DNA of 61,509 nt, counting the filler, from Basidioascus undulatus (taxonomy: Eukaryota), in NCBI GenBank assembly GCA_000826855.1. It is 7 parts of 7 records of this genome, joined end to end, with 100 filler letters (N's around TTAATTAATTAA, not from the genome) between each part and the next. Parts side by side here need not be neighbours in the genome. Positions count along the whole stretch, not along the records: positions 1 to 5,758 come from JTLS01001875.1; positions 5,859 to 11,612 come from JTLS01001876.1; positions 11,713 to 17,456 come from JTLS01001877.1; 4 more parts are not named here. One strand, 5' to 3'. A model generated the notes under the pieces. It was given only the letters and a program-made list of their open reading frames with translations. It was not told where the DNA came from and did no database searches. Both the position numbers and the translations under genes were made by a program. The stretch's first letter is position 1; each line of letters starts with the position of its first letter. Below are positions 1 through 13,851 of this stretch, piece after piece.

Positions 1-13
1 TAATACAACTATG

Positions 14-86
14 GGCCGCTTAACTCAGTTGGCAGAGTGTTTGCTTAACACGCAAAATGTCGCAGGATCGAGCCCTGCAGTGGTCA
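14..86 (+). tRNA. tRNA-Val(AAC), intronless
   Basis: Complete cloverleaf: acceptor GGCCGCT/AGTGGTC plus A73, D stem ACTC/GAGT, anticodon stem TTTGC/GCAAA with loop TT-AAC-AC, T stem GCAGG/CCTGC with loop ATCGAGC. Confidence 0.92.
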
Positions 87-535
87 ATTTGTATTTTGCC
101 GCATCGCTCTGTCTGTACCCTCTTGTCCAGCAGACCCATGGGTTCTTCTATTTTGGCCCGTTTGCATGCTTCTGCTCCCCATTTATATATCGGACCTCGA
201 CAACCTGCCCAATTTGTACCGTGTCATGCCCCGGTCGCAGAACCACAACTCCCCTACACCAGGACCACCATTCGGACACAAACCGCTGCGTTTTCTTTGA
301 CTTCTTTGTTTCATATGTTCAGACAGGGTAACCGCATTTGTTGGAGTGGATATTGATTCAACAAAAGCAGCGGCAGTCCATGTCGCCGCTCTTCCGTGGC
401 AGACGGCGTCGCTGGAAGTCGTCGGATACACAAAGGATCTTGACCCTTCAGTCAACCTTCCCCTTTAGCCTCTCTCTTCTCCTCCTTTCCCTTGTCTTTC
501 TTGTCTCTTCCCCACTTCCCCATGCACCCCCAACA

Positions 536-1220
536 ATGTCGGACAACCTCCCCCCGGATGCACGAGTCGTTCACGTGCGCTTTTCGATTCCTACTCTTTG
601 TAACAAGATCTTTGTCTTAATGATGGGGAGGGGTCATCGGTTAGATAAACAACTACCATTTAATTTTACCGAATGTCATGGTGTATCCCTTCGCCGTGGC
701 CCAGCAGGCCCTTCAGCAAGAGCAGCAACAGCAGCAGAACCAACCACAGCCGCAGCAGCAGCACAACGTACCGCCTCCTGTTCAACAGCAACGGCCGGGC
801 GTTCTCGGGAGCTCCCGGAATTTGAACGGTGAGAGCATGGGGGTGCAGAAGCAGAGCCCAGCGTCGCCGCAGGAGCAGCCCAAGCCTCCGCTGAAGAAGC
901 TCCCGCGTCCGTCGTACACTGTCGAGAGTGACCCGGAGGACGGGGAAGGCCGTCCGACGCCCAAGAGTTCCCATAGGGGAGGGTTCAAATCCACGGGAAA
1001 AAATCTGGTGCGTCCACTTCATCCGAGACTTCATGAACGTTGAGTTGGAGGTACTAGTGCTCTGACACGCTTCCCTCCTCACCCTTACAGTGAAGATGCG
1101 TCAGTGGTTCGAAGCAGAGCTCGAACTTCTTCTCGAGAACTGGCGCCTGCTTCTTGCTGCCACTGGATGGAACGCGGACCTCGTGTCCCGCGGCTGGTGT
1201 ACCGAAGATCGCAACAAGTG
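536..1220 (+). CDS. Hypothetical Q/P-rich protein (spliced; 3' structure uncertain)
   Basis: ATG at 536 follows a pyrimidine-rich leader. A GTGCGC...TAG intron (575-644) joins MSDNLPPDARVVH in frame to the poly-Q ORF 678-1043. A further acceptor at 1090 precedes WFEAELELLLENW...GW, which is weakly Myb/SANT-like, but I could not resolve the phase. Confidence 0.35.
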
Positions 1221-2663
1221 AGGCAAGCTCGAGGCGGTTTCGAGGCGGCGTCCGCGCACGATCCGCGCGTCCGCGCCTGCTCGGCGTCGGTGATCCGCGC
1301 CAGGGCATATAAGCCAGAGTTCGAGGAACTCCTCAAGGAGAGGATTACATCGGTGCGTATAGCATCTTGCGTCCACCGTTCGTGGACGGAAGCTGATATT
1401 TCGGTCTTGACTGTAGGTGTCCCCCACCTTCCGGGTCGAGGAGGCAGCCGGTAGGTCGGACACGATCTCTTTCTTTGACGGAGGCAGGGACACAATAAGG
1501 TCGTTCTGACGTGGAGCCTTTGGTTGTCCAGCGCCAGTCTAGCATCATCTCACTTTGAAAGCTCGCCGCAGTCTTGATGTTTTGGGTGTGATGGGTGATG
1601 CATGTCCATGGCGGTGCTTGTTGTGTCGTTGGAGCCTGGCGCAGTATAAACCTTGTGTCTGTGAGCCTTCCGAGCATGGTGAGGGCTGGACGTAAGGTGA
1701 CTTTTCGGGCGCACTTGAGCGGTATCGATGTCGACAGCCAGCAGCCTTGGGGAATGGATGCAGTACAGCTATGCTTTGATCGGGGTATATTCAGCCTTTC
1801 AGGAGTATTTCAAGTCCCAGCATACGCCTGATCCTCGCCATATTAGAGCGTCAGGCGCAGGTGCTCGCGTTGGGGCAAGTACTTTGAAGTACGCGCCAGT
1901 GCTTGAGAGTATCGCTCGCTGAGTGACTAAAAACCTTTCCTCACAAATAGAAGCACTAAACCCTGGTACGCATGATCTGGACCTAAGGTAGAGCGTCTCA
2001 TAGGACAGTGATTGAAAGCCAGAGCCATCAGCTGAGGAGGAGGTGAACGAGACATGTTCCGATTGGTCGCGGCCGCTCGACATCCCGCATTCCGAGCTGG
2101 ATTTACACCAGCACACATGCATGGGGAATTCTACAATAGCGGGTGGGTCATGTATGGGAAGAGGACATCAAACTACCACATACCTCGGGGACGATTAATC
2201 GGGCGTGGTACGAGGGGTGAACTTCAGTTGGCAAAGTCGAGCTGTAGCGGTCACGTTCAGTATACCGCTGGCCCTCTCCTACCACGGATAGTTCTAGGTA
2301 CTGATTTGTACTTAAATTGTTCAGATGTATGTAGGTGTAGATTGTGCATCCACTGAAAATTTGGAGGAGCAAGCCATGGAACGCGCTCCAATCGCTTAAA
2401 ATGACAAGCGCGTAAAGGCTGTCTGTCAGTCGCGTGTCCACCCCTCGACGCGACGGCGAATGGCCGGTTTGTTCTTGTCTCTGGACCACTCCTCTCGACC
2501 GGCCCCTTCAAAGGCGCTCAAGCAACCCGCGGTCATCCAGTCCATCTATCCACACATCTAATCCATCCCCAATCCACATACAAGACTCCCTAAGCGCGGC
2601 GCATACTCATCCAGTCCATCCCCCCGGTCACCCCCCTTGCATCCCCACTTCATCTCCAGCGCC

Positions 2664-5055
2664 ATGTCCGTCCAGGCGCTCCCGAGCCCCGCCCGCCGCG
2701 ATGTCCTCCTCTCCCGCAACCAAAACCTCCAGCAGGACGGCACGACGCGTACGACGCCGACGCGCAAGTCGCTCCGTCCGCCAGCAGGCGCCGGCGCCGG
2801 CGCGACCAAGACGACCCCGACGGGTACGGGCGCGAACGCGACGCGCTCCAAGCGCGCCGCCGCCGAAGCGAGCGCCGTCCCGCCGCCGCCCAGCAAGCGC
2901 AGCAAGTCTGAACGGCAGCAGATTGCGGACCGCAAGAAGGAGCTCGACGACTGGGTCGCAAAGTATTCCAAGGCGTTCAAGAACATGACCTTTCACTTCG
3001 ACTCGGCCGACCCTGGGCGCGAGGCGGAGATTACCAAGATGGCGCTGGCTCTGGGCGCTGTGAGTTGAAAGATTCCTTCTGCTGAATGGATCTGAGGATG
3101 CTGTGCTGGTGATCTGGGCATGGGCGGGTCCCGGGAGGGCAGACGGCGCGTTTACACGAGTAACTCCAACTGACATCCCGCTCCTCCTGCAGAAAGTCGA
3201 AACGTTCTTCTCCCGCAAAGTCACGCACGTCATCACCTCCCGCCCCATCCCCTCGGCAGCCGCCGTCGCAGCCGCCAAGTCTCCACCTCGCGCGCCTGCG
3301 AGCCCGCTCGCGAGCATTAAGTCGCCGCCGCGAGAGAAGGAGAACGTCCTGCGCGCGGCGCTGACTCCCACTCCGAAGCGCGCCACGCCCATCATGGGCC
3401 GTCCCGGCAAGGCGACGTCGACGTACATGTTCTTGGAGGGCACGAAGGGCAAGAGGTGCGTCTTTCTCGCCTTCATGGCAAGCCAATGCGTGCTGATAGC
3501 GGCGGACACTGATACTGCAGCATCACCGGCACGATGGGCGAGAACCCCTTCTTGGATGATACTGCGCCAAAGGATATCCTCTTCAAGGCGCTCGAGTTCG
3601 GGATGAAAGTGTGGACGACTGACAGTGCGTGACCGCCCCCACCGACTGTCCGCTCCGCACGCTGACATTCATCCGTCATGCAGAAATCTACAACATGCTT
3701 CTCCGCCTGCACGGCTTCGACCCTATGAACCCGCAGCAGGGCGGCGAGCCGTTCGGCGCGCCGAATGCGTCGCTCTCGCACATGCTCAAGGACGAGAAGC
3801 TGCACGGGCTGACGCGCGAGCGGGACGCGACCGTGCCGCGGCCGGACTACTACTACTTCCCGCGGAGCGTGTGCTTTCTGCTCGTCGAGGACGCGTCGGC
3901 CGAGCACCGCCCGATCATCACGCAGGAGTACGAGAAGCCGCCGCTGGGCGAGGAGCCCTCGTGGCCGACGCTCTTCGCCTCCCGCCAGGGGCGCAACCCC
4001 TTCGTCCGCTACCTCTCGGACGAGGAGCCCTTCATGGGCCGCCCTGAGCTCGTCCCCGGCTCGAAGCTCGCCGCGGCCGCGAGCGCGTCGGACAAGTTCG
4101 CCGCGAACCTCCGCAAGTCCGCCTCGCTCAACCATCTCGGCCGCTCGAAGCACGCGCACGCACACGGCGCTGCCTCGAATCCGACGGTCCCTACCGGTCC
4201 GCGCCACGCCCAAACGCCCTACATCGCCGCGTCCGGTAACTCGGTCGCCATCACGTCCGCGACGGCGACGTCGACCGCGGCGGGGATGAAAGGCCCCGCG
4301 GCGGGGATGTGGACGGACAAGCGCCTCGCGCAGCTCAACAAGCGCCAGCTCGCGTCTCGCCCGTCCGAGCACCCCGCCCTGCCGAGCACGACGTCGACGC
4401 GCAATTTGCGCGAGGCGGGCGAACAGATGGGCGAGGAGAGCCGCGCAGAGTGGGCGCGCGAGGGGCTCGGCCTCGGAGCTGCCCCCGCGGACGCGGCCAC
4501 AGGCGCAGGCGCGCAGGGCCTTGCTCCGCCCCCCCAGCAGCAGCAGCAGCAACCGTCGATCCGCCGGAGCCAGAGCACGGGCGCGATCGGCGACGCCGCC
4601 CTAAACGCCATGCTCGCCAAGGTCAACACGCAGCGGCTCCCGCGCCGTGAGGAGACCAAGAAGCCCGGGTACTGCGAAATCTGCCGTGTCAAGTTCGACG
4701 ACTTCCAGCAGGTGCGTCGTGCCCATCCTGCATTCACGCAAACACAGTCTCGGCTGACACAGCATCTCTCCCTCACCCGCAGCACATCATGCACCGCCGG
4801 CACCGCCGCTTCGCGACCGACTCGAAGCAGTGGGAGGCGCTCGACGCCGTCCTCGCGGACTGCGCCCGCCCGCGGCTGTTCTACGCGCAGGACTCGGAGG
4901 GCGAGGGGTATGGCGAGGACGACGCGTCTCAGTGGAGCGAGGACGACGGGCTGCGCGTCTTCCCTGTGCGGGACAGCCAGGAGCGCGAGGAGGAGGAGGA
5001 GGAGGGCGAGGACGACGACGCGGAGGGAGAGGAGGTCGAGGAGGGGGAGGACTGA
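2664..5055 (+). CDS. DBF4: Dbf4/Dfp1 regulatory subunit of the Cdc7/Hsk1 kinase (DDK)
   Basis: Exons approx. 2664-3059, 3193-3455, 3521-3624, 3684-4711 and 4783-5055 with GT-AG introns. Motif N/BRCT-like (ALGA-KVETFFSRKVTHVITSR), motif M (DYYYFPRSVCFLLVED), motif C zinc finger (KKPGYCEICRVKFDDFQQ-HIMHRRHRRFA) and an acidic tail. Confidence 0.92.
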
Positions 5056-5758
5056 ACGGACTGGCGGAGCCGGCGCGCTCCCGGACAGCAGGAGGACCTT
5101 TCGCGCCACTTTTCTTTCTCCATCGCTTCTTCATACAGCACGGTTCACCTTCTCGCGCTTCCCCGAGCGTGCGCTACTTCACACGCTCCTTCACCCCCTC
5201 CCTCCCTTTCCTACGTACCCTACCCCTCTTTTCTCTCGCCTCTCGCTACATGTCTCACGCCTCGGATTTTTCATGACCACTTGCTACTGTCTTTTCCCAT
5301 CATCATCACCGCATGTCGATACCGCCACCAACCTAGCATTCATTGTTGCACAGGACGGGACTACGCGTGCGGCTTGCATGTGGTCTCAGGCAGGCGGGCG
5401 AGAATGTTGGCAAGCGTGTGCACCTTTTTGTTATTTGTTCGATCGGCAGGCTTGTTCACTTTCAAAGTATGTTGGTCGAAAATTGAGCGCACAGGCAGCC
5501 GTTTCGAACCTAGTCAGTCAAGACTACCGCACAGTCGGAAGGCATCTTGCTAGCTTAGTGTTTCTAGCGTCTGCTCCGAGATTACTTCGAAGTAAGTTCC
5601 ATACTTGCTTTCTCCACTGACAGCTTTCGGGTGCTGGACGTGCCTTGGATGTGGGAGTTGAGGTTCGCAGATATCTCGTACCTCAGAGCATCAGACCGAG
5701 TACCTTGATTCCTCCCACAGGTTCTCCAAGCACTACGTCAAGACGGCCCCCCCCCCCC

Positions 5759-5858
5759 NNNNNNNNNNNNNNNNNNNNNNNNNNNNNNNNNNNNNNNNNN
5801 NNTTAATTAATTAANNNNNNNNNNNNNNNNNNNNNNNNNNNNNNNNNNNNNNNNNNNN
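5759..5858. other. Artificial contig linker
   Basis: N44-TTAATTAATTAA-N44, a six-frame stop spacer. Confidence 0.99.
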
Positions 5859-5962
5859 GGGCGTTGGCGAGAGTCTCTATGAGGTGGTGATGGCAGCGGG
5901 TAAGGAGACTCAAGCGGGTGGGAGAGTGAGGAAGCTGATCAGGAAGTGGGCTGGGGCTGCAG

Positions 5963-6779
5963 GAAACGTTGACGCGACACAAGCCTATGGTTGCGGAGTA
6001 CCTGGACACCAACTACGACCGAGTGCGTCCTTCCCTCCGCAACGCACATTCCAGCGGCCTTCTCAAATCTCCTTCCCAAGTCCATCATCTAACGCCCCTC
6101 CCCTTTCCCGTGCTCCCCGCCTCAGTTCTTCTCCACCGACCCCAAGCAGCCATCGTACACGACGCTGATCCAGTCGGAGAACTACGTGACGAAGCGGCAG
6201 TCGCTCAAGCTCCTCGGCGAGATCCTCCTCGACCGCGCAAACTTCAACGTCATGACGCGCTACATCGCTGTCGAGGCTAACCTCAAGATGATGATGAACC
6301 TCCTCCGCGACAAGAGCAGGAATATCCAGTTCGAGGCGTTCCATGTTTTCAAGGTGAGTGTTGGAGGGGTTCGTGCTGCGGAGCGGGCTGGAGGGGGTTG
6401 GAGATGGAAGGGAGGAGGAACGGTGAGGGATGAGGAGACTGACTGTGAAGGGTCGCGGGGGGAACGTGCAGGTCTTCGTCGCTAACCCGAAGAAGCCACC
6501 TCCGATCGAGGCCATCCTGCGGAGAAACAAGGACAAGCTCCTCGCGTTCTTGCGCGACTTTCACAACGACAAGGAGGGTGTGTCGTCGTCTCTGCCACCA
6601 TCTCTCGCCCATCAGTGAGCGAGTGCTGATCTGAGCTACGCTCGTGCCCACAGACGAGCAATTCAACGTGCGTTCTCCGTTTTCAAGACAGGGAGATGGC
6701 GCAGCTGCTGACTCGCGATTTTGTTCGCCAACGACAGGACGAGAAGCAGTTCCTGATCCAGCAGATCCTCGCGCTATGA
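5963..6779 (+). CDS. HYM1: MO25/Hym1 (CAB39) family protein, 3' part (5' end beyond the contig)
   Basis: Spliced translation [106 protein letters not shown] matches the MO25 C-terminal signature. Includes a 14-nt microexon at 6654-6667. Confidence 0.96.
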
Positions 6780-7262
6780 TCGCCTTCGCCCCGCCCGCCC
6801 TTCTACGCCCATCGTCCCCGTCCTTCCCTTCTCATCACCACTTCGGAACACCCATCCCCTATCCCCGCACCCCGCCGTAACTTACATCTCGCATTAATCT
6901 TTTCGCACTCCACACACCATCCCTCGCTTGCTCGCTCGCATCGACCGCCCGGCCCCGCATCGCTCCCGCAACCAGCTTACTTGCCCATCCATCCATCTTC
7001 GTTTTGCCAGATCGATCTTTGTTTCGGTTTGCTTTGTCCAGTACCCCCCCGTCTGTCGGAGCGGTCTCGTTCTTTCAGGTATCGATACAGAGTTCAGTAG
7101 TTACATAGCTCCTTCGTTCGATCGATCACTTCAACTTCGATTTGCCATCTCCCTTGCGTCAGTTGCGCCTTTCAGGTCTGGCTCTTATGCGTTCGCAGAC
7201 GTGTTATATATCATCGTCGCCTTCAGACAATGCGTAATCAAGACGTAACGCAATGCGACAGA

Positions 7263-10200
7263 TTAGGCATTGGGTGAAGGCGCTGCTCGGCTGCGGCGTG
7301 TTCGGTCGGAAGCCCATGCCCTGTTAAGTTGGTTGCAACGCATAGAGTGGCGCTCAGGAGGCTTGGTGCCTACACTGCTGGATCTGTTTTCAAGCGACCC
7401 ACAGGATCGGTTCGGGAGCAGTAGGTTGTTCGATTTCCGTTTGATACCGCAACGTGATTTTGCCGGATGCGCCGACGCGCAGAGCGGGAGGAGTATCATA
7501 TTGACATGGTATCGCAAGCTCGAAGCGTTTCGCAAGCTCAAAGGGAGGGTAAAACCAGCAAAACTGCCGCTTCGGAATTGGTGGAACGCAGGAAAAGCGC
7601 CTGTAAAGACTTGCAGGTGCTCCGGCGTGCCGGCTCGATGGGCATCCCATTCTTGCGCTCGATCGAGGTTCGGATCTGTCGGAGGCGAAGAATTAGATCG
7701 AGTGTTGTGAGGCTCTCCGAAATCCCAACTTACGGCGGCAAGTATTGCCCGGGCTCCACACAGAACGGCCGAGTCGCTGTCGGCGCAATCCCTCTCCAGG
7801 TCCACCATGACCTGCGCAAGGTGCAGCGTCCAAGGACTGTTGAGGAGGAGTCGAACTGGGAGATTCCCATGCGCACGTCAGAGGGAAACTTCAGCAAAGG
7901 TTTCCGAGTCCGTCCGTTCCAGAAGAACTCACTCGAGTCCTTGCTCATCCGGTCGAAAAGCGCAGTGCCCGCCTCGGCGATGAGCGTGAGGAGACGTCCG
8001 ACGAGCTCGCCCGGATGCTCGCGGCGGCAGGCGAGCACGAGCGCTGCGTCGCGGAGCCAGTCCCAGAATTGAAGCGCCAGACCAAAGTCTCTCAAAGTCT
8101 CGACACGCTGAATGAGGAAGACGGACAAAGCGCCTGCGAACAAAGTGACGTGAGATGCAGCTGGGGAGAAAGGCGATATAGGGTACGCACAAACGGCCGA
8201 GATTTGAGCACGGCTGTTCCGGATAGCTAAAAGAACTAGAGATTCGGACTGTTGGGAAGAGAGCGGAGCGACGTCTTGTCCTCCGGCCAGCGAAAGGAAG
8301 AGGAGCGCAGCATCAAGAATCGCAGGGACGAGTAGGTCTTGGTGGGCGGACAGCTGCTGGATGAGCACGTCGGTTACGGCATGGGCAGCTTTGCTGGCTG
8401 TGAAAAGGAAAAATCATCAGCGGTGAGCTGATGAAACGTACGGACGAGCGACTCACCCATCTGCTCGCTGCTACGGCTCAAAAGGCTCGCGAAGTGCAGA
8501 CAGTCTCGCAACGAGCGCAAAACATTGTCGGTCATGCCGTCCGTTCCCATCTCGAGCAATCTGGGCCGCCGAGAACGTTAGTCTCAAAGCCTTTCTCCGC
8601 ACCCATATGCTGCACTTCACCACTCACGCGGCGAGGCGGTCGGTGACTGAAAAGGAAAAGAATCTGTAAGTCGCAGCGGTCGCAAACCATCGCATGACGT
8701 CTCAGGACTGACCGCATTCGAGGTAATGCAGAAACTCGGCAGTCCCGCAGCTGAGCACGGCGTCGGAGCTGGTCACGCTGAGCGCCGAGCAGATAGCCTC
8801 TCTGGCGTCGTGGTCGGTCTCGTGGAGAAGGACGAATGCACGAATCCAGTCCAGCGCCAGCGAGTCGATCGAATGAACATTCTGCGCCCCTAGAGCGACC
8901 GTGGCTGCGGCTACTCGGTCGAAGACGTCTCTGTTCACGGTCGGTAGGCGCAACGAGAAGATCGGGACTGGCTCCGATTGCGGGGGGAGAAGCGAGCGCA
9001 GGACGCCCTAACGAAGAAGTGTAAGAGTCGGTCGCGGCCCTATGGTACGATGTGGGGACGCTTACGAGAAGAGCCCGAGCCGCTGGTGTATCATGCTCCA
9101 GAAGGATGCCAGAGAAAGAGGAGAAGGCTGAGCTTTGAGGAGAGTAGAGGTGGATGAGAGCGTTCTGTGTCTTCGCCATGTCGAACAAGGTGTGAGCTAA
9201 AGAAGACCGCTTCACTCAGCGTGGTTGAAGGGACGGACCAGAGCGACTACAGCGGTGTGGTTCTCGACGCCCTTCCAAAGCCAAGGCAGGAACCTTTCGT
9301 GCGCTCGAAGAAGGATGAGCAATGGAGCGGCCAAGGCACCGTCGCCGTCTCCGCACAGCGAGAGAACGAGGCTGAGAAGCTTGCTGCGTGTGTGCGGCCG
9401 ATAAGATGGGGAGGAGAGGTCGACCGATGCCTGTACCAAGCCCCAGGTAAGGTTTGAGCCTTAGGAAGAACTGAGATACTGACAGCGTAGAGGGTGACAA
9501 GCTGTGCAATGAGAATGTCGGCGGCAGACCCCGGCTGCTCGGGTCGGAAGCGCGAGATGAACGAGGTCAAGACCGCTTCGAGCTCTTCTTTACGAAAGCT
9601 ATAGGACGGTAATTAACTTCAGCGGACTCCCTCGCCCTGTAAGATGACTATTTTGACGGACCCAGACGCTTCCCACGCAGTCTCCCCCGAGTCGTCGCAA
9701 TCGAGAAGCGTGGGCGCGAGGACGAACGCCGCGTACAGAAGCTGAATCGCGACCTCCTGGATTTTCCGCTGCCGCTGTACGGAGCGCGGAGGAATGGTCG
9801 GCTGAGTGAACGCCGGCCGGAGGGTATCGACCAGGCCTCGGAAAGTGTCTGGATGAATCAGGTCAAGCGTCGACAGCCTTCCTGCCAAACACTGGCACGC
9901 ACGCGGAAGCGCCATCACAACTCGCAGAAGCTCGTCCTCAGGTAGATCCGTCCCTCCACTTTCGAGATCATCTGCCCCGCCGAGAAGCGCCGGAAGAGCT
10001 CGAACGAGAGATAGAATCGGCTTGTCGGCGAAGGTCACCCAGTCGCTCGAGACAAGGCCATGCTGGTCGGCGGCCAGTTCTCGGATGGCGTATCGAACTG
10101 AGAGCAGCGAGGAGAGAAGGTCGAAAGAGACTGTGAGTTCTCCGTCTGACCCTCAGTATCTGAACGGAGGCGCTTCTCCAAGCATAGCACATACCAACTC

Positions 10201-10605
10201 TGCCGAGAACCACAGAGGCTTCGGAGATTGGCTCAGCCGGATGAGGTAGCGGTGCAGCGGCTTGGAGAAAGTCGACGAGAACATATGCAGCCATGTTTGC
10301 GCGCTCTTGAACAGACTCGTCCTAAGTGAAGCCGCTATCAGCTGGTCCGACCGCAACCCAGCGAAATGCGGACTCGCCTCCAGGCCCTGCTCGACAACCG
10401 TCAGAATATCCGTCGCAGACCGCACGGCAGCCGATTCGAGCTTCCCCTTCCGGAAAGTGACGTCCTTATTCTGTTCCGGCTCTAAAAGTCCCAGATATTC
10501 AGAAGGGTGGATGCGTTTGCGAGAAGGTCGATGAAGAGGCGACCCGGAGTCTGTTGAGTGCGTGCGGGAAGAGGCGGATGAGAGCGGGCCCGGAGATGAA
10601 AGCAT
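7263..10605 (-). CDS. Large multi-exon hypothetical protein, Leu/Ala-rich (possibly helical-repeat)
   Basis: A chain of minus-strand ORFs (10153-10605, 9619-10038, 9212-9570, 8702-9215, 8374-8559, 7730-8368) with protein-like composition, separated by intron-like gaps. No family recognised and the 3' end is uncertain. Confidence 0.5.
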
Positions 10606-11612
10606 GTCGGAAACCGTGTCGGAGGAGAGTGTACAACAGATGCAGAGATAGGCCTAGCGCATTAAGAGAAAGGCACGGTGGGAGGAGCAGAAAGGCTAGC
10701 GGAGCGTCGAACGACGTCAACCAACCCGCAAGGACGGCCCGCTCGGGCTGTGCGTGCGCCGTCTCAGACACAACGAGTCGCAGTACCACTTTACATAATT
10801 ACCTTTTGGTTTAGAGCTTGTTTTATAAAGTTGTCAGGCCACGCCTTGGATGCTTTATGAACATTGATATCTGCACTGCTTACACTGGCACCACGCCTTC
10901 ACAACAAATCAGAACGAGACCTTCCTATGTTATCCATCGCCGGGATGTCCTAGAAGAATTCGGAGAGTCAATTACAGGATAAAGACTGCAACTTTCGTAT
11001 AGGTCAAGGCGATCTGCAATTGCCTGCTGTAGCGGTCGAGCGTACTCAGCTCGGTAAGACGACCACTTACAAGCCGAACCTGCCCAGTAGGTGAGTTTAC
11101 ATCCCAATATGCGTTCGGCAGCAGCTGTCTGGGTCTGAACAGAGTATTCTGCTTCACGACGGTATCTCGCAGCCGCTTTCCGCATTGCGCAGCCTGATTT
11201 GCACGGCGTCGGAGACACCATCATGGGGTACAGTTGGGCGCAGACAATCAAGGTGTCCGCGAGTGTTCGGCCAAAAATTTTCATAATGGGACCGGCTGGC
11301 GTGGTTTTTGCTGCTGGCTGCATAGTGATAGCGCAAGGTGAGACTATGTAGCGCCTGCAGATCTCCATCGCAAGATCCTAACCAACGAATTCCGTTGCTC
11401 CGTGATACATGTCAATACAGGGTTAGGGTTACACAATAGGCAAAATGAAATCAAGATGCGTTGACGGCACGAGGAGCAGTGCAACCCAAGGCCATCGCGC
11501 CGCCGCCGTGTGCAAGCAGGGACGGCGGCGACCGCGCTCAAAAATAAAGATGACAATGATGAGGTCAAGGACCTCGTTCAAGTTGTCAAACTTGAAAGAA
11601 CAGATACTACAC

Positions 11613-11712
11613 NNNNNNNNNNNNNNNNNNNNNNNNNNNNNNNNNNNNNNNNNNNNTTAATTAATTAANNNNNNNNNNNNNNNNNNNNNNNNNNNNNNNN
11701 NNNNNNNNNNNN
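11613..11712. other. Artificial contig linker
   Basis: N44-TTAATTAATTAA-N44. Confidence 0.99.
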
Positions 11713-13851
11713 CCAAGGGAAGCGGTGTGAGATGAGGGGAGGAGGGAGGGGAGGAGGGAGGGAAGAAGGAGGGAAAGGGGACTCACTGACGAATTTCCGG
11801 GTCAAGTAGAGCCCGTAGAAGAGGTATTAAGTTCGAAAGGCCGCTGCCATCTGTCCTCCCGACGCGTCAGTCTCCCTGCGGAAACTTACCGCCCGCCCTC
11901 CACGCACCTAAAGAATCCCTTCGTCGTCCCCATCTTATACCCCACAACAATCCTGCTCTCCCTGCTGCCCTCAACCTCATACACCTCGACGACCGGCCCG
12001 CTCCGGACTGCGACCTGACGCAGCATGCGCTCCTATATCTCAAGCGTGCTGTCGCTCGCCTTCTCAAGAGCGGGTCCGACACCGCGCGGATGTCGATCGT
12101 CGTTGCGGTCTTGGACGTGTTCGAGCCGATGCGCTCTTCCGCTGACGCCCCGGACGCCGGCGCGGAAGGGAGTTCTTTTAAGCAATAAGCAGCTGATTGA
12201 GGAAAGGTTGCTTTCATGCATGCCGCGAAGGCCGGACACGACACTCGTTCTGTTCGGCTCGGTCCGATGCGCCTTGCTGGCAAGGTAGTACTATAATCCG
12301 CGTCAACCCGACAATCAACCCGACAACGGACGACAAGGAAGGTGGAGGAAATCGGCAATCTCGACGGTATTTACAGCTTGCAGTCGCAGTTCGGAGTTGC
12401 ATGGAGAATGATGTCCGCCGAGGCGGCAAGCGTGAAGAAAATGCTGAAAGCGAATAGTGATGACGCGGGACAGCAGGACCCTCGTCAACAGAGAGGCAAC
12501 GGCGCCGCCTGGAGAGTGTTCCACTTGTCAGCAATGTCCCCACGTTGATAGGACACAAGCAAAGTCCCTTACCGAAGCCGTCTAAGGAACCATTGGCTCG
12601 GGAGACTGAAAAAGGAAGTGCACCATATTGTCAATGCGCCACGAGCCGAAGATCACCCATGCGACGCACCTCAGGAACAATGACATTTGCAAGGCCAGCT
12701 GACGCTCCTTGGGTATGAATTTTAGCTAGTCGTTTCATAACATGAGGTCATTGTTCAACGTACCTGCGTCAAGAAGGTGTGTCAGACTTCCGTTGCGAAG
12801 GCAGCGGACAGCAGCGCGACGAAGTGGAAGATCGCCGCCAAGAAGAGGAGCGGTTTGAAGCTGAAATGACGCCTGCCCGCCCAGAAAAAAGACTACACCG
12901 TTCATAACCTTCACATTTCGTCAAAGACCAAGGTTAGCGAAGGCAGTGAAAGAGGCCGAGGCGAGGGCAGCGCAGCGGGACATACGAAGCCCAGCAAAGC
13001 CCCCACTAAAGCGAGCGTATTAGCGGGGGAATACCGATACATGCCACGCATATACCTGAAGTAAAACATTCATGAGTATGTCGATAAACTCGAGGCCTCA
13101 GACGACTTCGGTGACGCACTCGTAGAAGACACCCCAGATGAGCGCATAGCCCATAGTGGGGATGGCCAGCACGAAACAGCACCCGACAACCACCCAGCCT
13201 AATATTTGGAAGTCCTTAGTCCCCAACTCTTGCAGAAGAAAAAAAAAACAAGGCTTGCAACTCCGTATCCACCATCCGGCAGACCGTGGACCACCCCCGC
13301 AACGGGCTGTTGCCCTCGCTCCTCACTGGCTTCGGACGAGATACCCATGTCAGGTTTCGGCCATGGCGGATGATGGTGTTGTTTAACTAAAAGCCGCCAT
13401 GTGATGAGCGTGAAAAGCCTCACAATACCTCGCTTGCGGTGTCGACGAAGATGATGTCGGGACAGTGACAGCAGTGCCCGGCAACGACTTTGACCTTTGC
13501 GCCTCTAAAACGTGACCTTTCGCAAGGCTCTTCTTTTCGGAAATTTTCGAGCACGCTACGCGCTCGCGGCCTTCCAACGCTGCCGATGCAAGACTCTTGC
13601 GTGCTGACGGGCGACGGGTGCGCTGTCGAGTCGGTCCGATCCGCCCTCCGGGCACATGGCCGGGTCAGCTACGAGTGCGGGCACGACTGGGCATAAGCTC
13701 GCATAGATACGACCCTCTGCTCACCCTCTTGGTAAAAAGAACATCTCGCTAAACAAGCTCCAAGACGTTGCGCCCATACCTCCTAAACGCTTATCCCCTT
13801 CTCCGTTTGCACGCCACGGGTCCGATGCTCTCGTCTTTTTGACTCTTCGCC

